Below are positions 38,285 to 48,392 of a DNA stretch of 64,000 nucleotides, in pieces. This stretch comes from Bdellovibrionota bacterium (GTDB lineage Bacteria; Bdellovibrionota_C; UBA2361; JAAYZI01): the NCBI GenBank assembly GCA_050950765.1, contig JBMNIF010000005.1, forward strand, positions 1 to 64,000, read 5' to 3'. The stretch's first letter is position 1. Every line of letters begins with the position of its first letter. The position numbers and the translations under genes are program-made. Under the pieces are notes generated by a model. The model was not told the origin of the DNA. It ran no database searches and saw only the letters and a list, made by a program, of their open reading frames with translations.

Positions 38285-39157
38285 ATGAGTTTTCAGCAGG
38301 TATTTTCAACAGGTAAAAAAGTTCTTTCATTTGAATTTTTCCCTCCAAAAGAGGAGGCAAACTTAGAGCAGACTCTCACAAAAATTCAAGAATTAAGTGT
38401 TCTACAACCAGATTTCATGACAGTTACCTATGGAGCGGGTGGCGGTACTAGGGCTTTAACAGCTAGGATGGTCGAGTTCATCACTCAATCTTTGAAGTGT
38501 AATGCTGTGGCACACCTGACTTGTGTAGATCATTCGATAGATGAGATTGATACTCTACTTAATACGTTTAAGAGCGTAGGTGTCAAACATATTTTAGCTT
38601 TGCGTGGAGATCCACAAGGTGGGAAAACTAAATTCGCCCCCCACCCCAACGGTTTTGCAAGTGCACGAGATCTTGTTCAATATATTAAGGCACGGGGAGA
38701 TTTTTCAATTGCAGTAGCAGGCTATCCTGAGACTCACCCAGAAGCACTTTCCGCAGAGGCTGATATTAGATATTTAAAAGAAAAAGTTGATGCCGGTGCC
38801 GAGTTGATTATAACGCAACTCTTTTTCGAAGCAGAGACATATTTCAAGTTTTTAGAAGACACTCGCAAGATCGGTATTGCTACTCCTATTACTCCTGGTA
38901 TTATACCGATTAATAACCTCGATCAGATTGAACGGTTTACTCAACGTTGTGCGGCTTCAATTCCCCCTACTCTATTAAGCTCTTTACGTGCATTGCAAAA
39001 CGATCCGGAAGGAACAGCAGAGTTCTGCAAAAATTATGCTATTGAATTATGCCGTATGCTTTTAAAGGGAGGGGCTCCTGGTATTCATCTCTATACCTTA
39101 AACAATTCTACTTTAGCGGTGCCAATCATTCAGGCGCTTAAGCCGGATTTTTTCTAG
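38285..39157 (+). CDS. metF: 5,10-methylenetetrahydrofolate reductase
   Basis: SFEFFPPK, VTYGAGG, LALRGD, ITQLFF and HLYTLN motifs. Confidence 0.96.
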   Translation: MSFQQVFSTGKKVLSFEFFPPKEEANLEQTLTKIQELSVLQPDFMTVTYGAGGGTRALTARMVEFITQSLKCNAVAHLTCVDHSIDEIDTLLNTFKSVGVKHILALRGDPQGGKTKFAPHPNGFASARDLVQYIKARGDFSIAVAGYPETHPEALSAEADIRYLKEKVDAGAELIITQLFFEAETYFKFLEDTRKIGIATPITPGIIPINNLDQIERFTQRCAASIPPTLLSSLRALQNDPEGTAEFCKNYAIELCRMLLKGGAPGIHLYTLNNSTLAVPIIQALKPDFF

Positions 39158-39166
39158 ACACTAAAC

Positions 39167-40252
39167 TTGATAACTATGGAAATTACAGTCCTTGAAAACA
39201 TTGAAGATTTAACGGCGCTTACTCCTGATTGGAAGATACTGTTATCAAGAGATCCAAATCATACCGTCTTCCAAACTCCCGAATGGATCATCAGTTGTTA
39301 TGAGTGTTTGGAAAATAAAGATCCCCTTTTCGTTATTACAGTCAGAAAGGAGGGGCGGTTAGTTGGACTGGCACCTCTTATAATTAAAAAGAAAAAGATT
39401 AACGGTTTTTCTCGTAAAGTTTTAACTCTTATCGCTTCCGATAACTATGCTTCAGATTATTGTAATTTCATTATTGATTCTAATAATAATAGTGAGATAC
39501 TTACAGCCATCTTTGATACTATTAACACTTCAAAAATGTGGGATCTTTGCGATATCTTCAATATCCCATTTTATGCTGAAGCGCTTCCCCTATTTGGCAA
39601 CTTATGTAAAGAGCGAGGGTTACTACATATTAGATATCCTCTGATAAAAGCAGTGGCTTGTATCTTAGATACTCAGCAAGCGAAAACAGAGCTTTCAAAC
39701 CACTCCAGTTTAAAACGACACATTAAAACACTTAAAAAAAAGGGTAACCTACAAGTTATACACCTTACCGATTTTGCAGAGATACAGAACTATCTTGAGG
39801 CTTTTTTTGAACAACATATAAACCGTTGGAGAGATAAAGCTCCCAGCCTTTTTTTACATAAGTCACAAAAGGATTTTTATAAATTGGCGGCTGAACGGTT
39901 GGCGAAGATTCATGCTCTAATTTTCACTGTTATACTTTTTGATGCTCAACCGATCGCATTTCACTTTGGGTTTGAGTATCGTAATGTCTTTTATTGGTAT
40001 AAGCCTTCTTTTGATATCGATCTTGCAGCAATATCTCCAGGGAAAGTTTTACAACAATCTGTGTTCGAATATGCTGTCACAAATGATATTTCAAAATTTG
40101 ATTTTACAATTGGTGATGAGCCCTATAAACAGAAGTTTGTTAATAATGATTCAATCAATTATCGTTTAACTATTTATAGAAGCTACTTTGATTATTTAAT
40201 AGCGAAAACTCGTCGCTTAGTAAGCACTTTATTGCACGGTGAGTTAAAATAG
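39167..40252 (+). CDS. GNAT acetyltransferase (CelD/BcsL-like)
   Basis: FQTPEW, LVGLAPL, SDY, SPG and FDFTIGDEPYK motifs. Confidence 0.85.
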   Translation: MITMEITVLENIEDLTALTPDWKILLSRDPNHTVFQTPEWIISCYECLENKDPLFVITVRKEGRLVGLAPLIIKKKKINGFSRKVLTLIASDNYASDYCNFIIDSNNNSEILTAIFDTINTSKMWDLCDIFNIPFYAEALPLFGNLCKERGLLHIRYPLIKAVACILDTQQAKTELSNHSSLKRHIKTLKKKGNLQVIHLTDFAEIQNYLEAFFEQHINRWRDKAPSLFLHKSQKDFYKLAAERLAKIHALIFTVILFDAQPIAFHFGFEYRNVFYWYKPSFDIDLAAISPGKVLQQSVFEYAVTNDISKFDFTIGDEPYKQKFVNNDSINYRLTIYRSYFDYLIAKTRRLVSTLLHGELK

Positions 40253-40277
40253 ATCTTAAATATAGGATATTCTGTAT

Positions 40278-41405
40278 ATGTCAGTTATAGTCATCACATC
40301 GCTTCAAGAGTTGGAGCCGTATATAAAGGCTTGGGATGATCTTGCTCTAAATGCCATTGAGAGTAATCCTTGTTACGAGAGTTGGATGTTAATACCGGCC
40401 ATGCGTTATCTGGCAAAAGGGAAAAAACTACAGATTGTTTTGGTTATAAAAGAGACTCCCGAAAATCCCCCCCAATTAATTGGTCTTTTCCCTTTTGTTA
40501 AAGAATTAGTTTTTCATAATTTTTTCTTTCCACATTACACTTTATGGCATTATCCGCAATGTCTTTTATGCACGCCCCTTGTTGATAAAGATAATATCTC
40601 TGAGTGTCTAACACAGCTACTTACTTTTGTTGATGGATTAAAGTTTCCGATATGCTTGGTTCGTTTAAAGCTTATTCGTGGAGATGGTCCGTTTTATCAA
40701 AATCTTTTAGAAGCTCTTGCAAAACACGGGAATCGTTCTGATGAAGCTTTTTTTGATAGAGCCTTACTAGAAGCGCAGCCAAGCCTTTCAACTGAAGAGT
40801 TTATGAAAGCCGCCATGTCTCCTAATGCCAGACATGAAATGCGGCGTAAAAGAAATAATCTTGCTAAGTTAGGCAATGTAGAGATTTTGAATTTAACCTC
40901 TGCCGACGATGTTGAGTACTGGCTCAATACTCTTCTTAATTTAGAGGATGGTGGTTGGAAAGGTAAAAAAGGGACATCGTTAATAGCGATACCTGAGGAG
41001 AAGAAGTTTTATGAAGCAGCCTTTAGATCTGCTTTTAAGAGGGGTCAGCTTTTGGCTCAAATGATGACGTTAGATGGGAAGCCTATTGCGATATTAGCTG
41101 AATTTTTAGCAGCGGATAAAGGAGCTCTCTATGCCAGTAAAACTGCTTTTGATGAAGATTTTTCAAAGTATTCTCCAGGTGCGTTGCTTTTACAAAGTGT
41201 CACAGAACAATTTTTAAAGCATCAAGGTTTTGAGTATTTAGATTCATGTGCAGAACCGAATCAAGTTATGTTCAATAGAGCTTGGAAAGAGAGACGTCTG
41301 ATAAAACATATTAATCTCAGCACAAAAAATACTTTAAGCCGTTTAATTGTCAACTTATTTTCAAAGCTTCGAAAAAGGAGATCTGCTGCCACCCTTCAGT
41401 GCTAA
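40278..41405 (+). CDS. GNAT acetyltransferase (CelD/BcsL-like)
   Basis: LE.GGWKG..GT, KTAFDE...YSPG and DSCA.P motifs; last codons overlap a repeat core. Confidence 0.82.
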   Translation: MSVIVITSLQELEPYIKAWDDLALNAIESNPCYESWMLIPAMRYLAKGKKLQIVLVIKETPENPPQLIGLFPFVKELVFHNFFFPHYTLWHYPQCLLCTPLVDKDNISECLTQLLTFVDGLKFPICLVRLKLIRGDGPFYQNLLEALAKHGNRSDEAFFDRALLEAQPSLSTEEFMKAAMSPNARHEMRRKRNNLAKLGNVEILNLTSADDVEYWLNTLLNLEDGGWKGKKGTSLIAIPEEKKFYEAAFRSAFKRGQLLAQMMTLDGKPIAILAEFLAADKGALYASKTAFDEDFSKYSPGALLLQSVTEQFLKHQGFEYLDSCAEPNQVMFNRAWKERRLIKHINLSTKNTLSRLIVNLFSKLRKRRSAATLQC

Positions 41406-41740
41406 AAACTTTAAAATTACGATAGTTAATAATATCAAGATGTTAGTAAAAGCTTAAGGTTTGGCGGTTTTGGTGCCACCCACCAGTGCCGGTCGGACGG
41501 GCTGTAACTAAAAAGCGAGTCAACTAGATCTCTACGGAGGTTAAAAATTTGGTGCCACCCTTCAGGGCAGGGCTGGTTTCTGGTGCCACCCACCACTGCT
41601 AAAAACTTTAAAATTACGATAGTTAATAATATCAAGATGTTAGTAAAAGCTTAGACGTGGCGAATTTGGTGCCACCCTTCAGTGCCGATCGAACGGGCTG
41701 CAATGACAAAACAGATCGGCTAGACGGGGGTTAAAAATGC
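41387..41740. repeat. Modular REP/BIME-like array 6 (reverse orientation, about 5 cores)
   Basis: TGGTGCCACCC copies; module C twice (AATATCAAGATGTTAG). Confidence 0.9.
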
Positions 41741-41782
41741 GCCATAAAATAAATTTTTAAAGAATTTGTGAGAAGCTTATGG

Positions 41783-43018
41783 TCAAATCACAAATTTTCC
41801 TTTCTTAATAATATCTATCTTCTCTCCATTCCTAGTTTCGGCTATTACATCAACCTCAGGAGATGAAATCATGATATCTTTATGAAAATTACTAAAATTA
41901 AATCCTTCGTTTTCGAGTTCTTCCCTAGTCATCTTATCGCTTCCTTTAATAATATGTTCAAACCCACGACCTAAAGCGATATGACAGGCCGCATTTTCAT
42001 CAAAAAGAATCTCTTCAAAAATATGTCCACTTTGAAAAATAGGGGAGTCGGTGCCAACTAAAGCGACTTCACCAAGTCTTGAAGCCCCATCGTCGGCTTC
42101 AATAAAACTAGCAAAATTTTCTTTTCCTTCAGTAGCATCAAAATCCGTAACTACGCCATTAGTAAAAGTCATCCTTAGATCTCTTACTTGCTTTTCACTA
42201 ATAAGAATTGGGCGAGTAGCTTTCACTGTTCCCCTTACCGTTCTCCAATCTGGAGTGGTATAAATTTCCTCAGAAGGAATATTTGCCTCAAATGATATTC
42301 CATCATCTGTCATCGTGGAACCACCAGAAAACGTGGCTTTAGGAGAGAGACCAATGTATAAATCTGTATCTGGTCCTGAAAAATGAAATTCTTTTATATT
42401 AAAAGAAGATAATCTTTCTATGCGTGATTTTATTTCTTTATCTCTTTTTAGCCAAAGTTCTAAGCAATCCTCTTTATCAACTAGACATATCTTAAAAATT
42501 TGCTCCCATAAAGCACTTTCAGCTTCTTTTTCTGTCAAAGAGGGGAAAACTTTCTTCCCCCATTTAGGAGTTGCCATAGCGGCAATGCACCAAGTAAATT
42601 TTTTCTGCCCGATGCCCTCTTCATAAAATTTTTTAGCAGCTCGTTTTACGGCAAGTTCCCGAGCAGTAATTTTTTTAGGGTCTTCATTGCTTAAAATATC
42701 TGGGTCTTCGTGACAACGAAGTCTTAAGGTTGAAATCCTTTTTTCTACAAATTCATCAAATTTTTTAACCTGATAATCGAGCATTAAACTTATATCTTCA
42801 ATATCTGTTTTGCTTATGCGAAGCTTTTCCATTCTACTGTCGATTAAATCTAAATATACCGCCTTTGCTCCCATATCATAGGCTTTCTCTGCTATAAGCA
42901 CGGCAAAATCTCTGCCATAACATTCAACTTGAATATTTAAAATCCCGCCTTTTTGTATATTAACGCCATGAGTTAAAATTAAATCTGCATATCTGTTAAG
43001 TAAAATATCCATATCCAT
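41783..43018 (-). CDS. M29 aminopeptidase (AmpS/PepS family)
   Basis: NIPSEEIYTTP, LGEVALV, LFDENAACHIALG and H.DIMI motifs. Confidence 0.92.
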   Translation of the reverse strand: MDMDILLNRYADLILTHGVNIQKGGILNIQVECYGRDFAVLIAEKAYDMGAKAVYLDLIDSRMEKLRISKTDIEDISLMLDYQVKKFDEFVEKRISTLRLRCHEDPDILSNEDPKKITARELAVKRAAKKFYEEGIGQKKFTWCIAAMATPKWGKKVFPSLTEKEAESALWEQIFKICLVDKEDCLELWLKRDKEIKSRIERLSSFNIKEFHFSGPDTDLYIGLSPKATFSGGSTMTDDGISFEANIPSEEIYTTPDWRTVRGTVKATRPILISEKQVRDLRMTFTNGVVTDFDATEGKENFASFIEADDGASRLGEVALVGTDSPIFQSGHIFEEILFDENAACHIALGRGFEHIIKGSDKMTREELENEGFNFSNFHKDIMISSPEVDVIAETRNGEKIDIIKKGKFVI

Positions 43019-43257
43019 AAAGTAAATTTCCTAAAAAACTATACTAGTACCATACTAATTTGATTAGAGTTCTTTTCCAATCTAAGCGATGCTAATATTA
43101 TTGGAGTATTTTATTAAAACCTAAATACCACAATTTTTATCTTTGCCCCATTCCAAAAATAAACCAGCGTATTTTTGTTCTGTCTCTGATGGAAATGGAT
43201 TTTGTCATTCCACAAAGATGTAGCTACCATGCCTGAGCTTGTTGTTCAATGTTGTGC

Positions 43258-43575
43258 TTAGCACTCCCTTTAGGGACAACTGTACGGGCTGCAACTGCAG
43301 AGCGAAGCAGCTAGATCTCTACGGAGGTTAAAAATTTGGTACCACCCACCACTGCCGATCGAACGGGCTGCAATGACAAAACAGATCGGCTAGATCTCTA
43401 CGGAAGTTAAAAATTTAGTGCCACCCTTTGGGGACAACTGTACGGGCTGCAACTGCAGAGCGAAGCAACTAGATCTCTACGGAGGTTAAAAAGGTGCCAC
43501 CCACCACTGCCGATCGAACGGGCTGCAACAGAAAAACGAATCAGCCAGATCTCGACGGAGGTTAAAAATTTGGTG
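43258..43575. repeat. Modular REP/BIME-like array 7 (reverse orientation, four A modules, degenerate cores)
   Basis: About 78-bp units ...ACGGGCTGCAA...AGATCTCTACGGAGGTTAAAA; a two-unit block is duplicated. Confidence 0.85.
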
Positions 43576-43585
43576 AGGTCGAGCG

Positions 43586-44554
43586 TTATAGGAGTGTAAG
43601 AAGTTTGTTAAAAACAACCTCTTCCTCAATATCAGAGACACGACCTGTTTCGGCTTGAATAACAAACTCTTCGCAGCGGTATGGTGCTACTCGACGCACT
43701 TCTGTCGGGCCGAAAAAAGCGATATACGGTGTGCCGACAGCAGCAGCGATATGTCCTGGTCCCGAATCAGGCCCTAGTGCAACGTGTGCATTTGCTAAGA
43801 GATCTACCAACTGCGGTAAAGTTGTTTGCCCTACCTTATTATCAATCAGAACACTTTGACACTTTGTGACGATCTCCTCCGCTGCAGCTTTCTGTGATGA
43901 GTCTCCTAATAAAACGACCTTCCTTTGTAATTTATCGACAATCTGTTTTATTAAGACGGTGTACCGTTCCTTCGGCCAATCTTTTTCGACCTTAGATGAG
44001 CCAAGCACAATAGCTATTGAGTCGTCTTTTTTAACTGTACTTAAGTTAAAACCGAAATCCAACGGCTCTTCCCAAGTAAGTCCTAACTGCTCAACAAACT
44101 TCATGTAATGATAAATTTTAGGAAAGTCATTTTCGCAACGTGGAATATATTCCGTATTAAAAAGATAATTAAACTCTTTAGCATTTTTCGGGTGAAAACC
44201 GACACGACGCTTTGAACCTGAGAGATATGAAAAAAAACCGCTTTTAAGATGCCTCTGCATATCCAAAGTAACATCAAATTTTGAAGCTTTTAATTCTTTA
44301 ATGATCTGCTTTACTCCAGCTAGACCACGTTTTCTTTCAAAAACCATTAGTTTATCTATTCCGGAAATTCGTTGTGCGATACTTTTCCATTTATCTTCAA
44401 CTAGCCAAGTAACTTTTGCTTGAGGCAGTTGTTCTTTTAGTGGCTTTAATATAGCAAAGCCTCTAACTAGATCGCCCAAAGAGCCTGTCAAAACAACTAA
44501 GATGGAAGAGATCGCACCTTGAACGTGCGAAAGATTATTGCTGTGGTCTGTCAT
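43586..44554 (-). CDS. GT9 heptosyltransferase family protein
   Basis: SLGDLV, DSGPGHIAAAVGTP and FGPT motifs. Confidence 0.88.
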   Translation of the reverse strand: MTDHSNNLSHVQGAISSILVVLTGSLGDLVRGFAILKPLKEQLPQAKVTWLVEDKWKSIAQRISGIDKLMVFERKRGLAGVKQIIKELKASKFDVTLDMQRHLKSGFFSYLSGSKRRVGFHPKNAKEFNYLFNTEYIPRCENDFPKIYHYMKFVEQLGLTWEEPLDFGFNLSTVKKDDSIAIVLGSSKVEKDWPKERYTVLIKQIVDKLQRKVVLLGDSSQKAAAEEIVTKCQSVLIDNKVGQTTLPQLVDLLANAHVALGPDSGPGHIAAAVGTPYIAFFGPTEVRRVAPYRCEEFVIQAETGRVSDIEEEVVFNKLLTLL

Positions 44555-45248
44555 AATTCTTTAATAATTCAACACAAAATAATTCTGAAAGATACTCAGG
44601 GAGGTGGTGTTTAATTACAGCACGCCTCCAGCGACATAAGTAGTAATCTCTCAACGAGTTAAGGGAACGCTTATAAAGATAAGCTTTATCAAAATCTATA
44701 ATATATGCTTTCTCATAAGGATCAACTAAAACATTTCCTGGATGTAAATCTATGTGACAGATACGATTTTCTATCAGTATATCAATCTGTTTGGTAACCT
44801 CTGGCATAACCTTTCTGGCACGGTCTTCATCTGTAAGAGAGAGTTCTGCTAAAGTCTTGTTGTTAACGATCTCTTGCGTAATGAGCCACGCCTTATAAAC
44901 AAAATGTCCTTGAACAATAAAAGCTATCGGCTTAGGAGTGTGGATCCCGAGAGCTTTTATCTTTCTTAAAATTTCAAACTCCGGTTGTGGACGAAATTTA
45001 CCAAATTTAAAATAATAACTTTTATTAACGTAATTTACTAATCCGCCATGAGTATAACGCTTAACAACAACCTTGCCGATTTTTGGCAAATCAGTGTGGC
45101 TGATAAAGCCTCTGCCTGAGAGGGGACCTTTTCTTTCCTCCGGAGGAAGTTTTGTTGTTTCAATGATGCAATCTAGATCTGATTCCTTTAATTCCTCAAA
45201 AGAACCGATGAGAAACCCATTGTGTTGTTTGATTTTAATATCAGTCAT
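44535..45248 (-). CDS. LPS/Kdo kinase family protein
   Basis: GRG, VVKRY.HGG, HIDLHPGN and IIDFDKA motifs. Confidence 0.82.
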   Translation of the reverse strand: MTDIKIKQHNGFLIGSFEELKESDLDCIIETTKLPPEERKGPLSGRGFISHTDLPKIGKVVVKRYTHGGLVNYVNKSYYFKFGKFRPQPEFEILRKIKALGIHTPKPIAFIVQGHFVYKAWLITQEIVNNKTLAELSLTDEDRARKVMPEVTKQIDILIENRICHIDLHPGNVLVDPYEKAYIIDFDKAYLYKRSLNSLRDYYLCRWRRAVIKHHLPEYLSELFCVELLKNYDRPQQ

Positions 45249-46260
45249 TTTCTTCTTTTAGAAGCGACTCGATTGCTTCCATAACGGTAGTAGCAGAGAT
45301 TCCATCTATACAAGCATTCGTTCCATTTGGACACTTCATAGAGCCGTGTCTAGCGCACGGCTTACAACTTAACCCTTCTTTTTCAACGATAATAGCTCGA
45401 TTCTTCCATGGACCGAAACCAAAACTTGGCGAAGTAGCACAAAATATAGCAACAGTTGGTATTTTGAAGGCCGATCCCAAGTGCATCGGCATTGAATCAT
45501 TACACACCAACACTGCTGCTTTACTAATCAGATACATAGTATCAGATAAGGAGAGCTTACCCGCTAAATTTACATCTTCATTATTTATACATATCTCTTC
45601 AGCTAACTCTTTATCTTCTGCTCCACCGACAACAAAAACATCAATCCCCTTCTTTCTCAGTTGTTGTAAAACATCTTTAAAGCCATCAGCACTCCAACGT
45701 TTAGTTTTCCAAACGCTACCTGGCGCCAGTACAACCCAACGTTCTTTCCCAAGAATGGCATTTTTTAAGATTTCACTAATATCGTTATCTTTAGGGGGGA
45801 AAAGACGCATTTCAGCAGGCGCCGTCTCCAATTCATCAGGATCAAGTATTATTGATAAATTACGCAAGACATCGTGTTTGTCCATAGGACGTACGCGAGT
45901 TTTGTCATAAAAAATCGGTGAAAACTTTGCATTTGAAAAGCCGATAATTTCAGGGATCTTCGCAAATTTTAACAATAACGCCGTACGGATTGATCGTTGT
46001 AGAGCAAACGCCATATCAAAGTGCTTAGCTCGCAATTCCTTAGCTTTTCTTAATAATCCGAAGAGTCCAGAAGATGAATGACGTTTATCAAAAACGAGTG
46101 CCTCTGATATTAACGGATCTCGAGAAAGAATACTTTTTGCAGCAGGGGTAGTTAAGACGCTTATTTCGGCTTGCGGAAATTTTGATTTTACCGCTGCAAT
46201 AACCGGACTGGATAGGATCACATCCCCTAAAAAACTTGTTTGTACAATTAAGATTTTCAT
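45241..46260 (-). CDS. waaF: LPS heptosyltransferase II-like (GT9)
   Basis: MKILIVQTSFLGDVIL, APGSVW.TKRW, NDS.PMH and C.PC..HG...CP motifs. Confidence 0.8.
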   Translation of the reverse strand: MKILIVQTSFLGDVILSSPVIAAVKSKFPQAEISVLTTPAAKSILSRDPLISEALVFDKRHSSSGLFGLLRKAKELRAKHFDMAFALQRSIRTALLLKFAKIPEIIGFSNAKFSPIFYDKTRVRPMDKHDVLRNLSIILDPDELETAPAEMRLFPPKDNDISEILKNAILGKERWVVLAPGSVWKTKRWSADGFKDVLQQLRKKGIDVFVVGGAEDKELAEEICINNEDVNLAGKLSLSDTMYLISKAAVLVCNDSMPMHLGSAFKIPTVAIFCATSPSFGFGPWKNRAIIVEKEGLSCKPCARHGSMKCPNGTNACIDGISATTVMEAIESLLKEEND

Positions 46261-46479
46261 AAGGGCGTAGTATGCCACTATGCTAAAATAAGATGCAAAT
46301 ATAAAGAAAAGAAGAACGGTGTTTTATTGATGCCTGTTATACTTCACCCTCTTTTCCTTTAGATAAATGAACTTTTCGTCGATAAAAGACGGAGGATTTA
46401 GGTTATTGAAGTGTCACTATCATGCCAATGGCACTTTATAATCGGTGACAAAAATAATACGTTGCGTTTTACACTTAAT

Positions 46480-47382
46480 ATGACAACTGTCAATAAAAAC
46501 ATCGGATATCAAAAAGCGGCTGGTCAAAAAAAACCTTTAGCGCAAAACGCCTATCTTAGGCTAGCGCTTCCTCCTGAAAAAAACATTCACGCAACTACCT
46601 CTAGGATGATAAGAGATCACGGACTGCATATATCTAATTTTGCAGCTTGGGCGATTCAAGATCCGATTTTAGTTATCGAATTACTTCGTCGTGCTAATGC
46701 AATCCGTTTTTCCAGAGATGCAGAGATCTCATCAGTACATACTGCTGTTATTCGTTTAGGTGAGGATAGCGTTAGCGGAATTCTAACTTCTTTAAAAACG
46801 CGTAGACCTTTTAAAGATCAAGAGATGCAAGGCTTGTTTGAAATGTATCGAGATAAGGCGCGTAGGACTTCTATTATCGCAAAATATATGGCGAATTGGT
46901 TGCTAAGTTCTTTTAGCGAAAAGTGCCAAACCGCCGCTGTCCTAAGTACTATGGGAGACATGTTGGCGATTGCTTCTTTAGGGGATGAATATTTAATGTT
47001 GGCAAGGAGTCAAGTTCGAGCACAGATTAATTACCTTTTGAAACGAGACTACTCTTTTGATATTGAAAAAGCAGCACTTAAATATTTGCGGTTAAATGGT
47101 GTGCCGGACATCCTTGTTGATACCTTGAGTCACGATGCGAAACTATCTTCAAAGGAACAAAACACCATGCGCACGATCTGCTTTGCAGCAGAAGAATTAG
47201 TAAATGCTTTTGATGCTCATAAATGGGAAAAGATGGCACCAGGTGAACCCCTCCCATCAAAGAGCTATATTCGTTTGTTGTGTATGGATGCTCGTCAATA
47301 CGCCAAAATATTTTCAGTAGCGACAAAATACCTTTATTCAGTCAGACAAAAAAACGAGCGCTCCGACACCACAAATTCTTAA
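46480..47382 (+). CDS. HDOD-domain protein
   Basis: QDP.LVIELLRRAN...ISSVHTAVIRLG signature; the stop codon overlaps array 8. Confidence 0.75.
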   Translation: MTTVNKNIGYQKAAGQKKPLAQNAYLRLALPPEKNIHATTSRMIRDHGLHISNFAAWAIQDPILVIELLRRANAIRFSRDAEISSVHTAVIRLGEDSVSGILTSLKTRRPFKDQEMQGLFEMYRDKARRTSIIAKYMANWLLSSFSEKCQTAAVLSTMGDMLAIASLGDEYLMLARSQVRAQINYLLKRDYSFDIEKAALKYLRLNGVPDILVDTLSHDAKLSSKEQNTMRTICFAAEELVNAFDAHKWEKMAPGEPLPSKSYIRLLCMDARQYAKIFSVATKYLYSVRQKNERSDTTNS

Positions 47383-48390
47383 CCTCCGTAGAGATCTAGC
47401 TGACTCGCTTTTTAATTACAGCCCGTACAGTTTTTTAACCCCCGTCAAGATCTAGCTAACTCGTTTTGTAGTTCCAGCCCGCTCGATTGTCCTTAGAGGG
47501 TGCTTTACTGGTGGGTGGCACCAGAAACCACCACTCTCTGCAGTTGCAGCCCGTTCAGCTGTCCCTGAAGGGTGGCACCAAATTTTTAACCTCCGTAGAA
47601 AACTAACCGATTCGCTCTGCAGTTGCAGCCCGTTCTATTGTCTCTGAAGGGTGGCACCAAATTCGCCAAGCCTAAGCTTATGCTAACATCTTGATATTAT
47701 TAGCAGCCCACCTTAACTAAAAGAAGGGTGGCACCAGAAACGACCACTCTCTGCAGTTGCAGCCCGTTCTATTGTCTCTGAAGGGTGGCACCAAATTTTT
47801 AACCTCCGTAAAGATCTAACCGATTCACTCTGCAGTTGCAGCCCGTTCTATTGTCCCTGAAGGGTGGCACTAAATTCGCCAAGCCTAAGTTTTTGTTAAC
47901 ATCTTGATATTATTAGTTATTGTAATTTTAGCGTCTTTTTTACTGGTGGGTGGCACCAGTGCTGCAGCCCGCCGTTCTGCCAAAAATGAAGGGTGGCACC
48001 AAATTTTTAACCCCCGTCCAGATCTAGCTAGTTTTGTCTTCAGTTGCAGCCCGTTCTGCGATCCCTAAAGGGTGGCACCAAATTTTTAACCCCATCAAGA
48101 TCTAGCCGATCTGTTTTGTCATTGCAGCCCGTCCAATCGGCACTGAAGGGTGGCACCAAAACCACCAAACCTTAAGCTTTTACTAACATCTTGATATTAT
48201 TAACTATCGTAATTTTAAAGTTTTTAGCACTGGTGGGTGGCACCAGATCCAAGCCCAGCCAAGTCAGAAGATCCCGTCTTACTGAAGGGTGGCACCAAAT
48301 TTTTGACCTCCGTAGAAAACTAACCGATTCGCTCTGCAGTTGCAGCCCGTTCAGCTGTCCCTAAAGGGTGGCACCAAATTTTTAACCTTA
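47370..48390. repeat. Modular REP/BIME-like array 8 (about 13 cores)
   Basis: Cores at 47513/47570/47649 recur at 47726/47783/47862, giving a 213-bp higher-order unit. Confidence 0.92.
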
Positions 48391-48392
48391 GA

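Noticed and set aside
45464..45910. Antisense ORFs over housekeeping genes (e.g. 45464-45910, 53526-53945, 11869-12273)
   Set aside because: They are shadow ORFs opposite well-supported genes and have no recognisable motifs.
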